Source: an uncultured Victivallales bacterium (GTDB taxonomy: Bacteria > Verrucomicrobiota > Kiritimatiellia > UBA8416 > CAYSRM01). Taken from it: 64,000 bases of DNA. The position numbers and the translations under genes were made by a program. Positions 1-9,707 of the stretch are shown here, piece by piece; position 1 is the first letter of the stretch, and every line of letters starts with the position of its first letter. Below the pieces are notes generated by a model. That model ran no database searches. It worked only from the letters and a program-made list of their open reading frames with translations, and was not told where the DNA came from. The stretch covers positions 6,158 to 70,157 of the forward strand of contig CAYYVQ010000005.1 of assembly GCA_964475205.1 (NCBI GenBank). The letters are read 5' to 3'.

Positions 1-1
1 G

Positions 2-1687
2 CCGATCGGGACCTTGTCCGGTCTGGTAGGCGTCAACGGCCAACTGTACTTTGCGGTTAATAACTATCTGGCGCGCTGTAACCCTGACGGCTCCAACCTC
101 GATATTCTGGCAGCGGCGCACAGGGCGGAAAGCGAATCCGCCCTCGATAATACGGCATCCAGAGGCGGGTGGAGAATCCACGGCATTGTCCGGGATAGAA
201 AAGGCAGGCGCCTGATCTTTCCCGTAAAGTTCACGCGAGGCGGCAACGGCATGTTCGCCTACAATCTGGATTCAAACGCCATCACGAAGCTGGAAGCCAG
301 GCCCGTGTCGTTCGAGGGTAAAGACAATATTCACAAGAGTTATGTCTGGCACGGAAGCATCCACATGAAACCATACCAAAAGGATGCGTTCCTGTTGCAA
401 GGGAGCGACTTCAGGGCCCATCTTTTTGAACCCGACAAGAAAACCATCTTGCTGTACGTTGGAGGTTTCTGGGGCTTCGAGTACGCTGTAGCCCGCACAA
501 CGCGTTCAAAAGAGCCATTTCGCAAGGGTCGAGGAATGTCTCTTCTGGAAAAGGATGGCTTTGTGATCCATTCCGACTGGGACGGGCTGTTCCAGATTGT
601 GGGGCCAAAGTCCGATGGCAAGGCGACAAATCCGCGGTGGGCCGCTGAACTTCCGGACAAGAAAGCACCGGTATTTCTGGCGGAACATGGCGGAAACATC
701 GTAGCCGTAACGCGCTATGGTGTGTGGCTGCTTGAGTTTTCGTCCTCTCCTGAGGTTCATGATGCGGAAAAGCAAGACAAGGAAGCTCCGGTGGGATCGA
801 CTGGGCGTCTGACAGTCAGGTCGCCTGTTGGCGGCACGCTCAGGTTGGATGATGAAGCGCCTTACAGGTTCTGGCCGAATCGTCCGCTGAACTGGAGTCA
901 CCTTCCCACAGGCAGGCACAAAGTCACGTTTGATTGGTGCGGCAGGAAGTGGACCCAGGTTATTCATATCAACGAAGCCGAGCGAACGGATATTACCGTT
1001 TTCCCCAAAGCCGGCATCGAGAAGACAATGAAGCTGAAGCTTGGCCGGGGTGTGGATATTAAGCTGACATGGATTCCGCCGGGGAAAGGCAAGATGGGTG
1101 ACAAAGCCAAGGGAGAGCTTGCCGACATAAGCATTGATGACGGATTCTGGATGGGGATTTATGAAGTCACAGTCGAGCAGTTTCGTACCGTCATGGACTT
1201 GCCTCGCCCCGATATATTCGAAGGTGACCGATACCCTGCTACCTCCGTGTCCTGGGAACAGGCAAAAGAATTCTGTCGCCGCCTGACGGCGCAGAACTCC
1301 GCTACATTGGATGGGATGGTCGTACGCCTGCCGAGCGAGGTGGAATGGGAATATGCCTGCCGGGCAGGTACAGAGACATTGTACTATACGGGTGAGACGC
1401 GCGACTCGATGGCAACGACACAACCCGATCTACGTCAGCCGCTCTTTGATGGCATTAAAGAGCGAAGACTCGAAGCGCGCTGCGTGGCCATAGGACAACG
1501 GACTCCCAATCTTTTCGGGCTGCATGACATGTGCTCAAATGTGGCCGAGTGGTGCCTGAACACGCGGAAGGAAGCCCCGGTCTATCGTTTCGGCTTAACC
1601 GGACGTCTACGCTACTCGGATATGCGGTTCGAAACACCGCCGTGGTACAACGGATTTCGTATTGTGATCGCCAAGCCCGTACCGTAG
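2..1687 (+). CDS. FGE-sulfatase (SUMF1/formylglycine-generating enzyme) domain protein, 5' partial (reading frame is open to the window edge)
   Basis: C-terminal ~250 aa carry the FGE-sulfatase hallmarks (GFWMGIYEVTVEQF, SVSWEQAKEFC, RLPSEVEWEYACRAGT, NLFGLHDMCSNVAEW). The N-terminal half is unassigned. There is no stop upstream in frame. Confidence 0.6.
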   Translation, partial: PIGTLSGLVGVNGQLYFAVNNYLARCNPDGSNLDILAAAHRAESESALDNTASRGGWRIHGIVRDRKGRRLIFPVKFTRGGNGMFAYNLDSNAITKLEARPVSFEGKDNIHKSYVWHGSIHMKPYQKDAFLLQGSDFRAHLFEPDKKTILLYVGGFWGFEYAVARTTRSKEPFRKGRGMSLLEKDGFVIHSDWDGLFQIVGPKSDGKATNPRWAAELPDKKAPVFLAEHGGNIVAVTRYGVWLLEFSSSPEVHDAEKQDKEAPVGSTGRLTVRSPVGGTLRLDDEAPYRFWPNRPLNWSHLPTGRHKVTFDWCGRKWTQVIHINEAERTDITVFPKAGIEKTMKLKLGRGVDIKLTWIPPGKGKMGDKAKGELADISIDDGFWMGIYEVTVEQFRTVMDLPRPDIFEGDRYPATSVSWEQAKEFCRRLTAQNSATLDGMVVRLPSEVEWEYACRAGTETLYYTGETRDSMATTQPDLRQPLFDGIKERRLEARCVAIGQRTPNLFGLHDMCSNVAEWCLNTRKEAPVYRFGLTGRLRYSDMRFETPPWYNGFRIVIAKPVP

Positions 1688-1806
1688 GTCAGCACACTGA
1701 GAGTAAATAAAACATACTGGATGTCCTGGCCGGTTGAAGCCGTATCGACATTGATCAAGATCGGCTGAGAAAGCAAAATCGTTGAAATGAAGCAACATGC
1801 ACACTC

Positions 1807-1970
1807 CTAGCCCGCATTTCTCACACTCCTCCGGCATTATTGCAGGCCAAAACCGGTTTACCGATCTCGCGGTGTGTCTACACAGCGAGAGCCCGGACAA
1901 AACGGGTTCGACCCACACTGCCAATACTCCGAACCGTTTCTGCTCGAAAAAGTGTGATCAATGCGGGCTA
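1807..1970. repeat. MITE family B, complete copy (~164 bp, TIR TAGCCCGCATTTCTCACACT / AGTGTGATCAATGCGGGCTA)
   Basis: Terminal inverted repeats read directly. The internal sequence recurs, split in two, at 5709-5790 and 6110-6182. Confidence 0.7.
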
Positions 1971-2021
1971 GTACACCAGCAAAACATGAGCGCTCGTATC
2001 AGATTTCGCTGTATATCCGGT

Positions 2022-2708
2022 TTACTTGCCGCCGTGCGGACATTCCTTCAGGGAAAGGAACCAGTCGAGGCGCTTTATTTCCTCACCTGATGTTTCCATG
2101 CGTTCTTTTGCTGCGCCGCAGGATCCCGGGGGCGGAACAATCACGTCGTCGCCAATCTCCCAGTTCGCCGGAGTGGCAATGTTATGCTCGTCAGAATGCT
2201 GCATGGCAATCAACAGGCGTTTGACCTCCTGCATATTGCGCCCGTTAGACAGCGGATAATACAGAATCGCGCGGACTATAGCCTCGGGGTCGATAATGAA
2301 CACGGCCCGTACTGCCTGTGTCGTGCTTGCCGCCGGCTGAAGCATGCCGAAAGCTTTTGACACATCCATTGTAAGATCGCTGATTACCGGGAAGTTAACC
2401 TCCACGTCTTTCATGCCGTTGTACTCTATCTTCTCCTTGATAGTGCGCAGCCAGGCAATATGGCTGTACGTGCTGTCGATCGACAGTCCCAGCAGCTCGC
2501 AGTTCAACTCTTTGAACTCATCGGCCATGCTGGCGAATGTCATGAACTCGGTTGTGCACACGGGGGTGAAATCGGCCGGATGCGAGAAGAAAACAACCCA
2601 CTTTCCCTCGTAGTCCTTCGGAAAGCTGATCATTCCCTGTGTTGTCTCAGCCTCGAATTCCGGCGCTTTCTCCCCGATCAACGGCATTTTATCTGATTGC
2701 TCACACAT
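2022..2708 (-). CDS. peroxiredoxin (1-Cys/Prx6-like, AhpC/TSA family)
   Basis: FTPVCTTE peroxidatic Cys motif. AGGAGAAGG Shine-Dalgarno 3 nt before the ATG at 2708. The ORF-track start at 2804 is an N-terminal over-extension. Confidence 0.85.
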   Translation of the reverse strand: MCEQSDKMPLIGEKAPEFEAETTQGMISFPKDYEGKWVVFFSHPADFTPVCTTEFMTFASMADEFKELNCELLGLSIDSTYSHIAWLRTIKEKIEYNGMKDVEVNFPVISDLTMDVSKAFGMLQPAASTTQAVRAVFIIDPEAIVRAILYYPLSNGRNMQEVKRLLIAMQHSDEHNIATPANWEIGDDVIVPPPGSCGAAKERMETSGEEIKRLDWFLSLKECPHGGK

Positions 2709-2754
2709 ATACCTTCTCCTTTCGTAATTTTTTCTTTTCTCCTTCTCTCCACCC

Positions 2755-5619
2755 TTACTCTTTCCTGGAAACTCTCGCGCGCGCACGCAAACCGTCATTT
2801 TCAAAAGTGATCCCGAAGTGCGCGCCGCTGAACTGACTCAGTGGTTCGGGCACATCCTGGGCGGTATCCGGTTTTCCCGGGTGGCCATATACTGTGGATG
2901 CCATAGTCTGATAAGCTTTGTCCCAAACGTAAGAGCCGCCGCCCGGGCAGACAAGCCGGACGCCCCATCTGTCCTGGTGGAATTTTACCGGTTTTTTTTC
3001 ACCAAAGCGTCTGCGCCATTCGTTAAGGATTATCAGGTTCGCCCAGGATCTTTGCCGGTAGGCCCGCGTCAGGCTCTCGCGGTAAAGGTTTTGTAACACG
3101 GAGAGCGCTCCACCTTTGACCTGTGCGGCAACACTTTTGCCAAGCCAGAGGCGTTCAGGGGTGATTCCGGAACCTTTTTCTTTCCGTTTTTTGTTTCTTG
3201 CTGCCCAGCGGTCCAGGCTGCGCTTGACAACATTCTCGTTAGGGCTGAGCATCAGCATCTCACCGCTGACAGCATAATAGATCGCCATATCCTGTTGGTT
3301 GTCCGAATCCTGCATTGTGCTCCGCGCCTGGGCGGACGGGGAGACACGCACATATGACAAATCATTGTGTTTCCGTGTTTCCCAGTTTGTCATGCCGGGA
3401 GCTGTCTCGTTGATATAACTGCGCATCGCAGCAAGGAACCCGGTCAGCTTGAACCCGTTGGCAACATCCACGGTCAGGGCCAGGGGAAGCTGCCAGATGT
3501 TGCGCTCCATGAAATCCTCGGCTGCGTCCAAGCCCTTCTCCTTTGTCAATTTGTCCAACTCCTGCCACATGGGATCGCGATCCACGTAGATTCCTATCCA
3601 GTTGCCTATCCAGTCCAGTAGTCCGACCCGAAGCCCCGGGGCCATCTGGCTGGCAAAACTGGAGATGCCCCGCACCTGCTCCGCTTCTTTGTCCAGGGAC
3701 ATAACGAAGTGCAGCATCGATTCTTCGTGAATGTCGCCATCGGCGGGGGCAACGTCTGCGTTGCCCGTTACTGCCATAACAGGCCGGTAATCGCTCCCGG
3801 AAATCAGGGGACGAACGGTCATGTCTGCTTCCAGCCAGTCTTCTCCTGTCAGGAAACGCACGGCTATAGGGTCAAAATAGGCCCTCCAGTTACGCTGATA
3901 TTGCCGCCGGAAAAGTTGATATGCATCCGCCTCGACTTTAGTCGCAGTTTCGATTGAAAGCTCCCTTATGGGCGTCAGGAAAGCAAGAGTTCCATAATTT
4001 TCCGAAGCTATTCCTTGCGGTGTCAGGAACAACTTGCCCAAACCTGGCACGGGCTCTTTCAGCTTGATTTCTTGTGTTTTCTCGACACCTTTATCAAGCT
4101 TTTCAAGATAACGCGCCTGCAGTTCCATCATTGCTGCAGCCGCCCTCGAGCGCCTTGACGCGCCGATACGCCATTTCGGGCTGCACCAGCGTCTTATCGT
4201 TGCGTCGGTCAAGACGAGAAAAGCCGTTTCCTTGGCTTTTAACCGATAACGGTCGCGGAAATATATGTATTCGGGAGCATCTGCCAGTGAGGGCAGATCT
4301 TTATGTCCTGTCTTCAGAATCAGTTCCATTTGAGGAACCGAATTGGCAACAATAACCAGGTTGCTTTTAGCGGCAACATACGAAGAGATTTCGCGCCAGC
4401 GGTTCGAGACGCCGGTGTACTTAATGCCGCCTGCCATACCGCTTATATTGGCGGCATCCCCGGGTGCGGCGACTTTATGCCGGTTGGCAATCAGCATTGA
4501 CAGGGCTTCGGGCTTTTCTGCTTCAAATATAACAGCTACGTCCGAACCCGTCCGCAGATAAGGATCGGAACCTGTAATTGCGGCGGTCCTGACCATGCCC
4601 GAAGCCAGTAGCTTCGAGAGTTTGTCCGTTTGCAGACACAACTGTTTCTCATATCTTTCCCGGGTCCAGGCATCCTCGGCCCGGGGCTCCAGAAGGTGCA
4701 ACACCGGCGTGCCCCGCTTCTGCGCCTCGGCCATGGTTTCAACCATATCATTGAAAGAGGGGAAGAACACTGCATGTTGATCCATGGGTATTGTTGAAGC
4801 AATGGGATCCTTGCCCGGCTCCATACCTTCTATGGCTTCACTCCAGTCCATTTCTGCTGTTGTTATTCCCTGGATATCACTGAGAGCCACCGTCTCTTCG
4901 TCTTTTCCCGGATTCAGTCGCAAAACACGGTCAAGCTGAAGATTCTCGCTTACCGCCCTGCCTCCGGTGAACAGGTTGTACGTTTGCTGAATGTCGCCGA
5001 CGCCGGGATTGGCATCACGTTCGGCTGCAATATCGATAGGCGAAACCGCTTGCAATGTTTTTCCCATGCCGGCCAATCTGGCTGACAGCATCTCGTGCCT
5101 GAACCATGCGCTGCCCGGAACTCTTAGATTTAATAGACGCCGGTAATGTCTTTCTTTTGCCTGGTAGAACAGTTTTTTTGCCTCCGACTGCGATTCACCC
5201 CCCCCGTCTATTTTGAATTCCAGTTTTTCCATGCCCGACCAGTCGTTGCGCGGAATATACAATTTGCCAGTGGCGGCTTTTCCCTGCGCAACCTTGATTG
5301 CTACGCGGCTTCTAGATACATTTACCCCGGTAGAATCTGAGGGTCTCCAAGCCTCGCCTGAAATGTCCACGTACACTTCCGTGTCGGCATTGCCCACGGC
5401 ATAGGGCTGCATATGGGTTTGCAGCAACATACGTCTACGCCACGGCACCCTTTGAGAATCAGCGTCCTTGTCTATCTTTGTCTTTGGGATTTCCCCTTCA
5501 ACCAGGGGCAGATCCGTCAGCGGAAAATAATAAAAATCCTCGGCCAGGCCGGGGGCGCACAGCAGGCAGAGAAGAGCAGTTCCGAAGAGACAGGTTTTAG
5601 CGGGGTTGTATTTTAGCAT
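2755..5619 (-). CDS. large secreted hypothetical protein (954 aa, N-terminal signal peptide)
   Basis: Long uninterrupted ORF with a hydrophobic N-terminus (LFGTALLCLLCAPGLA). No recognisable catalytic motif. Confidence 0.5.
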   Translation of the reverse strand: MLKYNPAKTCLFGTALLCLLCAPGLAEDFYYFPLTDLPLVEGEIPKTKIDKDADSQRVPWRRRMLLQTHMQPYAVGNADTEVYVDISGEAWRPSDSTGVNVSRSRVAIKVAQGKAATGKLYIPRNDWSGMEKLEFKIDGGGESQSEAKKLFYQAKERHYRRLLNLRVPGSAWFRHEMLSARLAGMGKTLQAVSPIDIAAERDANPGVGDIQQTYNLFTGGRAVSENLQLDRVLRLNPGKDEETVALSDIQGITTAEMDWSEAIEGMEPGKDPIASTIPMDQHAVFFPSFNDMVETMAEAQKRGTPVLHLLEPRAEDAWTRERYEKQLCLQTDKLSKLLASGMVRTAAITGSDPYLRTGSDVAVIFEAEKPEALSMLIANRHKVAAPGDAANISGMAGGIKYTGVSNRWREISSYVAAKSNLVIVANSVPQMELILKTGHKDLPSLADAPEYIYFRDRYRLKAKETAFLVLTDATIRRWCSPKWRIGASRRSRAAAAMMELQARYLEKLDKGVEKTQEIKLKEPVPGLGKLFLTPQGIASENYGTLAFLTPIRELSIETATKVEADAYQLFRRQYQRNWRAYFDPIAVRFLTGEDWLEADMTVRPLISGSDYRPVMAVTGNADVAPADGDIHEESMLHFVMSLDKEAEQVRGISSFASQMAPGLRVGLLDWIGNWIGIYVDRDPMWQELDKLTKEKGLDAAEDFMERNIWQLPLALTVDVANGFKLTGFLAAMRSYINETAPGMTNWETRKHNDLSYVRVSPSAQARSTMQDSDNQQDMAIYYAVSGEMLMLSPNENVVKRSLDRWAARNKKRKEKGSGITPERLWLGKSVAAQVKGGALSVLQNLYRESLTRAYRQRSWANLIILNEWRRRFGEKKPVKFHQDRWGVRLVCPGGGSYVWDKAYQTMASTVYGHPGKPDTAQDVPEPLSQFSGAHFGITFENDGLRARARVSRKE

Positions 5620-5708
5620 ATTGATCCTCCGTGACAGGGTTTGACCGCTTGCATTTCACGAAGCGAGCATAACCGAATCAGTATGCCCCGTCAATGTCTT
5701 GCAGCCTG

Positions 5709-5790
5709 CTAACCCGCATTGATCACACTTCTCCGGCATAAAAGCTCCATAGCACCGCCATTGCAGGCCAAAACCGGTATGCCCGATCTT
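5709..5790. repeat. MITE family B, left half of a copy split by nested insertions
   Basis: Matches the left end and interior of the 1807-1970 copy. Confidence 0.6.
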
Positions 5791-5905
5791 GATCCTCTTC
5801 ATCCTTATCACGATCATTGTCACGATCTTTGTCGATAATGATCGAGACAAGGATCGGGACGAGGATGGCAGCGACAATGATCGTGATGATGATCGGGATG
5901 AAGAT
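5791..5905. repeat. imperfect GATCG(T/G)GA(T/C)-type simple-sequence tract (encodes DRD/DKD runs in both strands' ORFs)
   Basis: Low-complexity tandem tract sitting between MITE pieces. Overlapping ORFs on both strands are artefacts. Confidence 0.6.
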
Positions 5906-5909
5906 GGGA

Positions 5910-6090
5910 TAACCCGCATATCTCACAGAATTCCTGCTGCGAGCGTGGATAGCACCACTGCGACGGCACGAATTGACAAAACGCCAGATTGCAGTATGTC
6001 TATACGACTGCTCCGGCGTTTTACCAATTCGCACCCCCGCAGCAGTACTTTCCACGCTCTCACTACGAAATCCTGTGAGATATGCGGGAT
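5910..6090. repeat. MITE family A, complete copy (~180 bp, TIR TTAACCCGCATATCTCACAG / CTGTGAGATATGCGGG)
   Basis: Perfect 16-bp TIRs. Internal ~80 bp recur at 23630-23710 and inverted at 36590-36690. Solo TIRs at 6227, 9236 and 43388. Confidence 0.7.
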
Positions 6091-6109
6091 AAGGGGACGG
6101 AAACAATCA

Positions 6110-6182
6110 GTCGAGCGGTTTCGACCCACACTGCCAATACTCTGAACCGTTTCTGCTCGAAAAAGTGCGAGCAATGCGGGCT
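6110..6182. repeat. MITE family B, right half of the split copy
   Basis: Matches the right interior and TIR of the 1807-1970 copy (GGTTCGACCCACACTGCCAATACTC...CAATGCGGGCTA). Confidence 0.6.
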
Positions 6183-6244
6183 AATCGGGTAGGACGACTT
6201 GGCGCTATCAATTGTTTCTACCGGAGGACTGTGAGATATGCGGA

Positions 6245-6844
6245 TTAAAACTGCGCGGCTTCGTAGCATCCGAGAAAGCGAAAAGACGGGAACTTTTCGC
6301 TGTGTTCGAGAATGGATTTTATGCCTTCAAGAATATGGGACTGGAAGATGTCGTCCATGATGTGGCCTTCCATTATGATGTAGAACATCTTGGCGTCCTT
6401 CTTTTTCAAAGACGGTTCCACGGCGGGCCTTGAAAATATATCGGTCATGTTGACCCTGTATATGCCTACAACGCTGCTGATGTCTCTCAGAAGCCCGGGG
6501 CGGTCATTATGCGGGGTTATGGCGACCAGAATTCTGTATTCTCTGTTCTTGGCCCTGTGCGGAACCGCAGGTTCGGGAGATATAATAAAATATATTTTGC
6601 CGGAAATCTTTGTCTCTGCGTTAACGTAGAATCTTCTTTTGTAAAGCTGATCGAAATTTTCCTCAATCCTGCCGTGAAAAGAATCCTCCGCTTCAATAAC
6701 CGCCAGGTCAATCTCGTTAGCCGCTAATGCGGAAAACATAGCTTCGCTGCTGTCGAACAGCACCGGTTCGACCCTGTTGCCGCATTGACCGGCATACATA
6801 GTTACAGCCTTCCGCGATTTCTCGTCTGTGCATCCTGCCTTCAT
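6245..6844 (-). CDS. prephenate dehydratase-like protein (partial PDT domain plus ACT regulatory domain)
   Basis: ACT-domain pattern typical of PheA (YRILVAITPHNDRPGLLRDISSVVG...MFYIIMEGH). Start overlaps the aroG stop by 4 nt (ATGA). About 80 aa shorter than a canonical PheA. Confidence 0.5.
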   Translation of the reverse strand: MKAGCTDEKSRKAVTMYAGQCGNRVEPVLFDSSEAMFSALAANEIDLAVIEAEDSFHGRIEENFDQLYKRRFYVNAETKISGKIYFIISPEPAVPHRAKNREYRILVAITPHNDRPGLLRDISSVVGIYRVNMTDIFSRPAVEPSLKKKDAKMFYIIMEGHIMDDIFQSHILEGIKSILEHSEKFPSFRFLGCYEAAQF

Positions 6845-7902
6845 GCGTTCCTTTTCAGCTTTTCGCGCGCATATTCAATCAACTTGAGTGTTTCCTCTAT
6901 GCCAATACACGAATCGGTAACGGAGATGCCTTTGCGCAGTTTTTCAGGCCTGTCGAGTTTCTGTTTGCCTTCACTGATGTAACTTTCCAGCATTAGCCCG
7001 ACAATTCCATCGTTCTCCGGCAACTGGTCGACAACATTTTTGAATACGGTTGATTGCATGCGGTAGTCTTTGCCGGAATTGCCATGGCTGCAATCAACCA
7101 CAACAATGGGGCGCAGTTTTTTCTCCTGGAGCTTCTTCTGAACTGCCGCGATACTCTCCCGATCATGGTTGGGTTTGTCGCCTCCGCGCAAAACCGTGAC
7201 TCCGAAAGGATTGCCGATTGTGCTTACTGTCGCTTCTTTGCCATTGGGTTTGATGCCGGGGAACTTATTGGGAGTGGCTGCCGTTATTATAGCGTTTATT
7301 GCCGCATCCACATCGCCCCGGGAGTTATTCTTGAACCCGACGCTTGTTGACAAGCCAGACGCCATTTTCTTGTGCATTTGCGATTCAACTGTTCTTGCTC
7401 CGACCCAGGACCATGAAACAAGATCTCCTATATATTGCGGCGTACTGGTGTTGACATATTCCGTTGCGCAAGGCATGCCCATCTCGTTAATTTTCAGCAG
7501 CAGCTCTCGCGCCCTGTACCGGCCGGTTTCAATATCATTGGATCCGTCCATAAAGGGATCTTCCAGAAGACCCGGCCAGTCAGCCAGCGTGCGCGGCTTC
7601 TCTATATTGACACGTTCAAGGATGACAAGCTCATCTTTGACTTTTGCGGCTGTTTCCAGGATTGCATTGGTGTATTCCAGGGTTTCACGCACACTGTGAA
7701 CCGAGCAAGGGCCGATAACGAGCATCTTTCGCCGGTCCTGCCCGGTCAATATGTTCTCGATTGCGCTTCGTATATTGACCACTGTCTCCTGTGCCTTCTG
7801 AGATCTGGGCAGAAGCTCCCACAGCCATTCAGGGGTTGAAGTATTAATATATTCCCTGATTCGGGTATCCTGCAGATTCGGATTATTTTTTAAAGAATTC
7901 AT
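6841..7902 (-). CDS. aroG: 3-deoxy-7-phosphoheptulonate (DAHP) synthase, class I-alpha
   Basis: LVIGPCSVHS, KPRT..WPGL and other AroG/F/H family motifs. The ATG at 7902 gives a canonical 354-aa protein, and the ORF-track start at 7974 is an over-extension. Confidence 0.85.
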   Translation of the reverse strand: MNSLKNNPNLQDTRIREYINTSTPEWLWELLPRSQKAQETVVNIRSAIENILTGQDRRKMLVIGPCSVHSVRETLEYTNAILETAAKVKDELVILERVNIEKPRTLADWPGLLEDPFMDGSNDIETGRYRARELLLKINEMGMPCATEYVNTSTPQYIGDLVSWSWVGARTVESQMHKKMASGLSTSVGFKNNSRGDVDAAINAIITAATPNKFPGIKPNGKEATVSTIGNPFGVTVLRGGDKPNHDRESIAAVQKKLQEKKLRPIVVVDCSHGNSGKDYRMQSTVFKNVVDQLPENDGIVGLMLESYISEGKQKLDRPEKLRKGISVTDSCIGIEETLKLIEYAREKLKRNA

Positions 7903-8124
7903 AAGCCATAGAAAATAGCAGAACCAACGCCGGGCGACAACCCATAATCCTGGGCGTCTTCCCGCCGCAACCAAAGACGTTAGTCATTTGTTTGAGCCCC
8001 CGATCTTGCCTGCCACGTCGAATGACTGTGGTAAATCCCGCTGCGCCCTCCGAAGTCCCGGTGACCGCGGGCCTTGACAGCACGTGCGCTGTGCGGTTAC
8101 ATGTGTGTAAACAGGCAGTCGGAT

Positions 8125-9210
8125 ATGCAGATAATGAGTATAGCCAGAATAAACTTGCGGTGTTTGCTCTCAGCGCTGTTGCAGCTGCTCCTTGTTCTTA
8201 ATCTATGGACAGGGGCGCAAGCCGCTGAGTTGCGCGTACTTTCGCTTAATGCACAATGGTTTCCCGGAAGGACCCCAAGACCATCCAGGGCGCAGCGTGT
8301 ACGTCACATAAAAGATGTTCAGCATCTTCTCGCGAAAGTCAATCCCGATGTCTGGCTTGTACAGGAAGTGCAAGACAGGGCAGCGTTGAAGAAAGCTCTG
8401 CGTGTGCTGCCCGATATGAAGATACACGTCTACACAAAATTTCACTCAGGACTCCAGCTCGCAATTGCATCCCGCTTGAAACCATTGGCTGCCGGGTACG
8501 AAGAATGGGGCAGAAGCAAACCTGATCCACCCCGGGGCTATGCTTTCTGTGTATTTGATACCGGCGGGAAAGGGCGGCTTGCGGTTTACAATGTTCACTT
8601 CAAGTCGAACTATGCAGGACCGGGCGCTGACACCACCGAATCCGAAAATATAGCCATGCGTGAAAGCTCCGCCCGCCAGTTGGCTTTTCATTTATCAGAT
8701 ATCAAATCTCAGTTCGTGGCGGGGGCCACAGTTTTGATAGGCGGAGACTTCAATGTTGCATACCCGCGATCGTTGTACAAGCGGGAACGGACAGTGAAGA
8801 TACTCAGGGATGCGGGCTTGGAATGGCAGGGCGGCGGAGGCTATGACCATTTCTTTGGAAAGGGCAGCCTTTCTGCGAAAGCACGTTCTTTGAGGGAGTA
8901 CGATCTCAGCGATCACGACCCGATTCTTTGTGTTGCTAACCTGCCTGGAAAAGCGGAGATTGCCAGGGCCAGGCCGCTTACATTGAAAGAAGCCGCAGCC
9001 GATCTGGGCACTGGTCTAACGGATATAAACACTGCAGATCAGTCTGAACTGGAATCATTGCCCATGATAGGTCCTGTCAAAGCCAGGCGCATAATTGAAG
9101 GCCGCCCCTACAAAAAAACCAGGGACTTACTCAAAGTCAAGGGAATCGGCCCTGCAATCCTGGATAAAATCATGGACAGCATCACAGTAATTACCGCCGA
9201 CCCCACTTGA
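8125..9210 (+). CDS. secreted endonuclease/exonuclease/phosphatase (EEP) family nuclease fused to a C-terminal ComEA-like helix-hairpin-helix DNA-binding domain
   Basis: Signal peptide. EEP motifs (LSLNAQ..., LVQEV, IGGDFN, SDHDPI). C-terminal region (LESLPMIGPVKARRIIEGRPYKKTRDLLKVKGIGPAILDKI) matches ComEA HhH. Confidence 0.7.
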   Translation: MQIMSIARINLRCLLSALLQLLLVLNLWTGAQAAELRVLSLNAQWFPGRTPRPSRAQRVRHIKDVQHLLAKVNPDVWLVQEVQDRAALKKALRVLPDMKIHVYTKFHSGLQLAIASRLKPLAAGYEEWGRSKPDPPRGYAFCVFDTGGKGRLAVYNVHFKSNYAGPGADTTESENIAMRESSARQLAFHLSDIKSQFVAGATVLIGGDFNVAYPRSLYKRERTVKILRDAGLEWQGGGGYDHFFGKGSLSAKARSLREYDLSDHDPILCVANLPGKAEIARARPLTLKEAAADLGTGLTDINTADQSELESLPMIGPVKARRIIEGRPYKKTRDLLKVKGIGPAILDKIMDSITVITADPT

Positions 9211-9431
9211 TCCCTATCGCAAAGTGATAGAAATCAAATTAACCCGCATATCTCACGAGTTCAGCGTACTACAGATCCAAGACGTTTTGTTTAATGAAAT
9301 TCCGTGAACGGGAAGAACAAGCGCCACCTGGCAGGGTTTTTAGAACAGGTTGGCTTCTAGCGGGGCCAAGTTCGCCTGCTAATGTCAGACGGCAGTTGGA
9401 CTGTTGAGTCAAGAACGGGCGTATTATTCGA

Positions 9432-9677
9432 TTGCGTCGTGAAGTCTACGCTATGGCTGACGCCAACGGCAACGTCGCTCCGCGTCGCTTCACTGCAGCA
9501 AACGCGAAGAAGAAGGGCTTTTACGTAAGTCTGCGATCGGCACTGGCTCACTACGGAATGATTCCAGAATACGTGCCGGTTACTACAAGTGTAACCACCG
9601 GGCGTCCTGATGAACTGGAGATACCGATTGGCTGTTTTCAAACACCGCTCTTCTCCCTGTCTTTTCTCTTCTTCTAA
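9432..9677 (+). pseudogene. fragment resembling the N-terminal domain of an AbiEi-type (type IV TA) antitoxin/regulator
   Basis: FYVSLRSALAHYGMIPEYVPVTTSVTTGR resembles the AbiEi_4 core. Only ~80 codons, no partner gene. Confidence 0.25.
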
Positions 9678-9707
9678 AAGCAACTGACTTCAGATAGAAT
9701 TGCGAGC

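Noticed and set aside
5656-6269. Overlapping ORFs on both strands encoding DRDKDRDEDG-type low-complexity peptides, and ORF 1797..2090
   Set aside because: They are produced by a simple-sequence tract and by MITE A/B bodies, both strands are equally open, and there are no translation signals.
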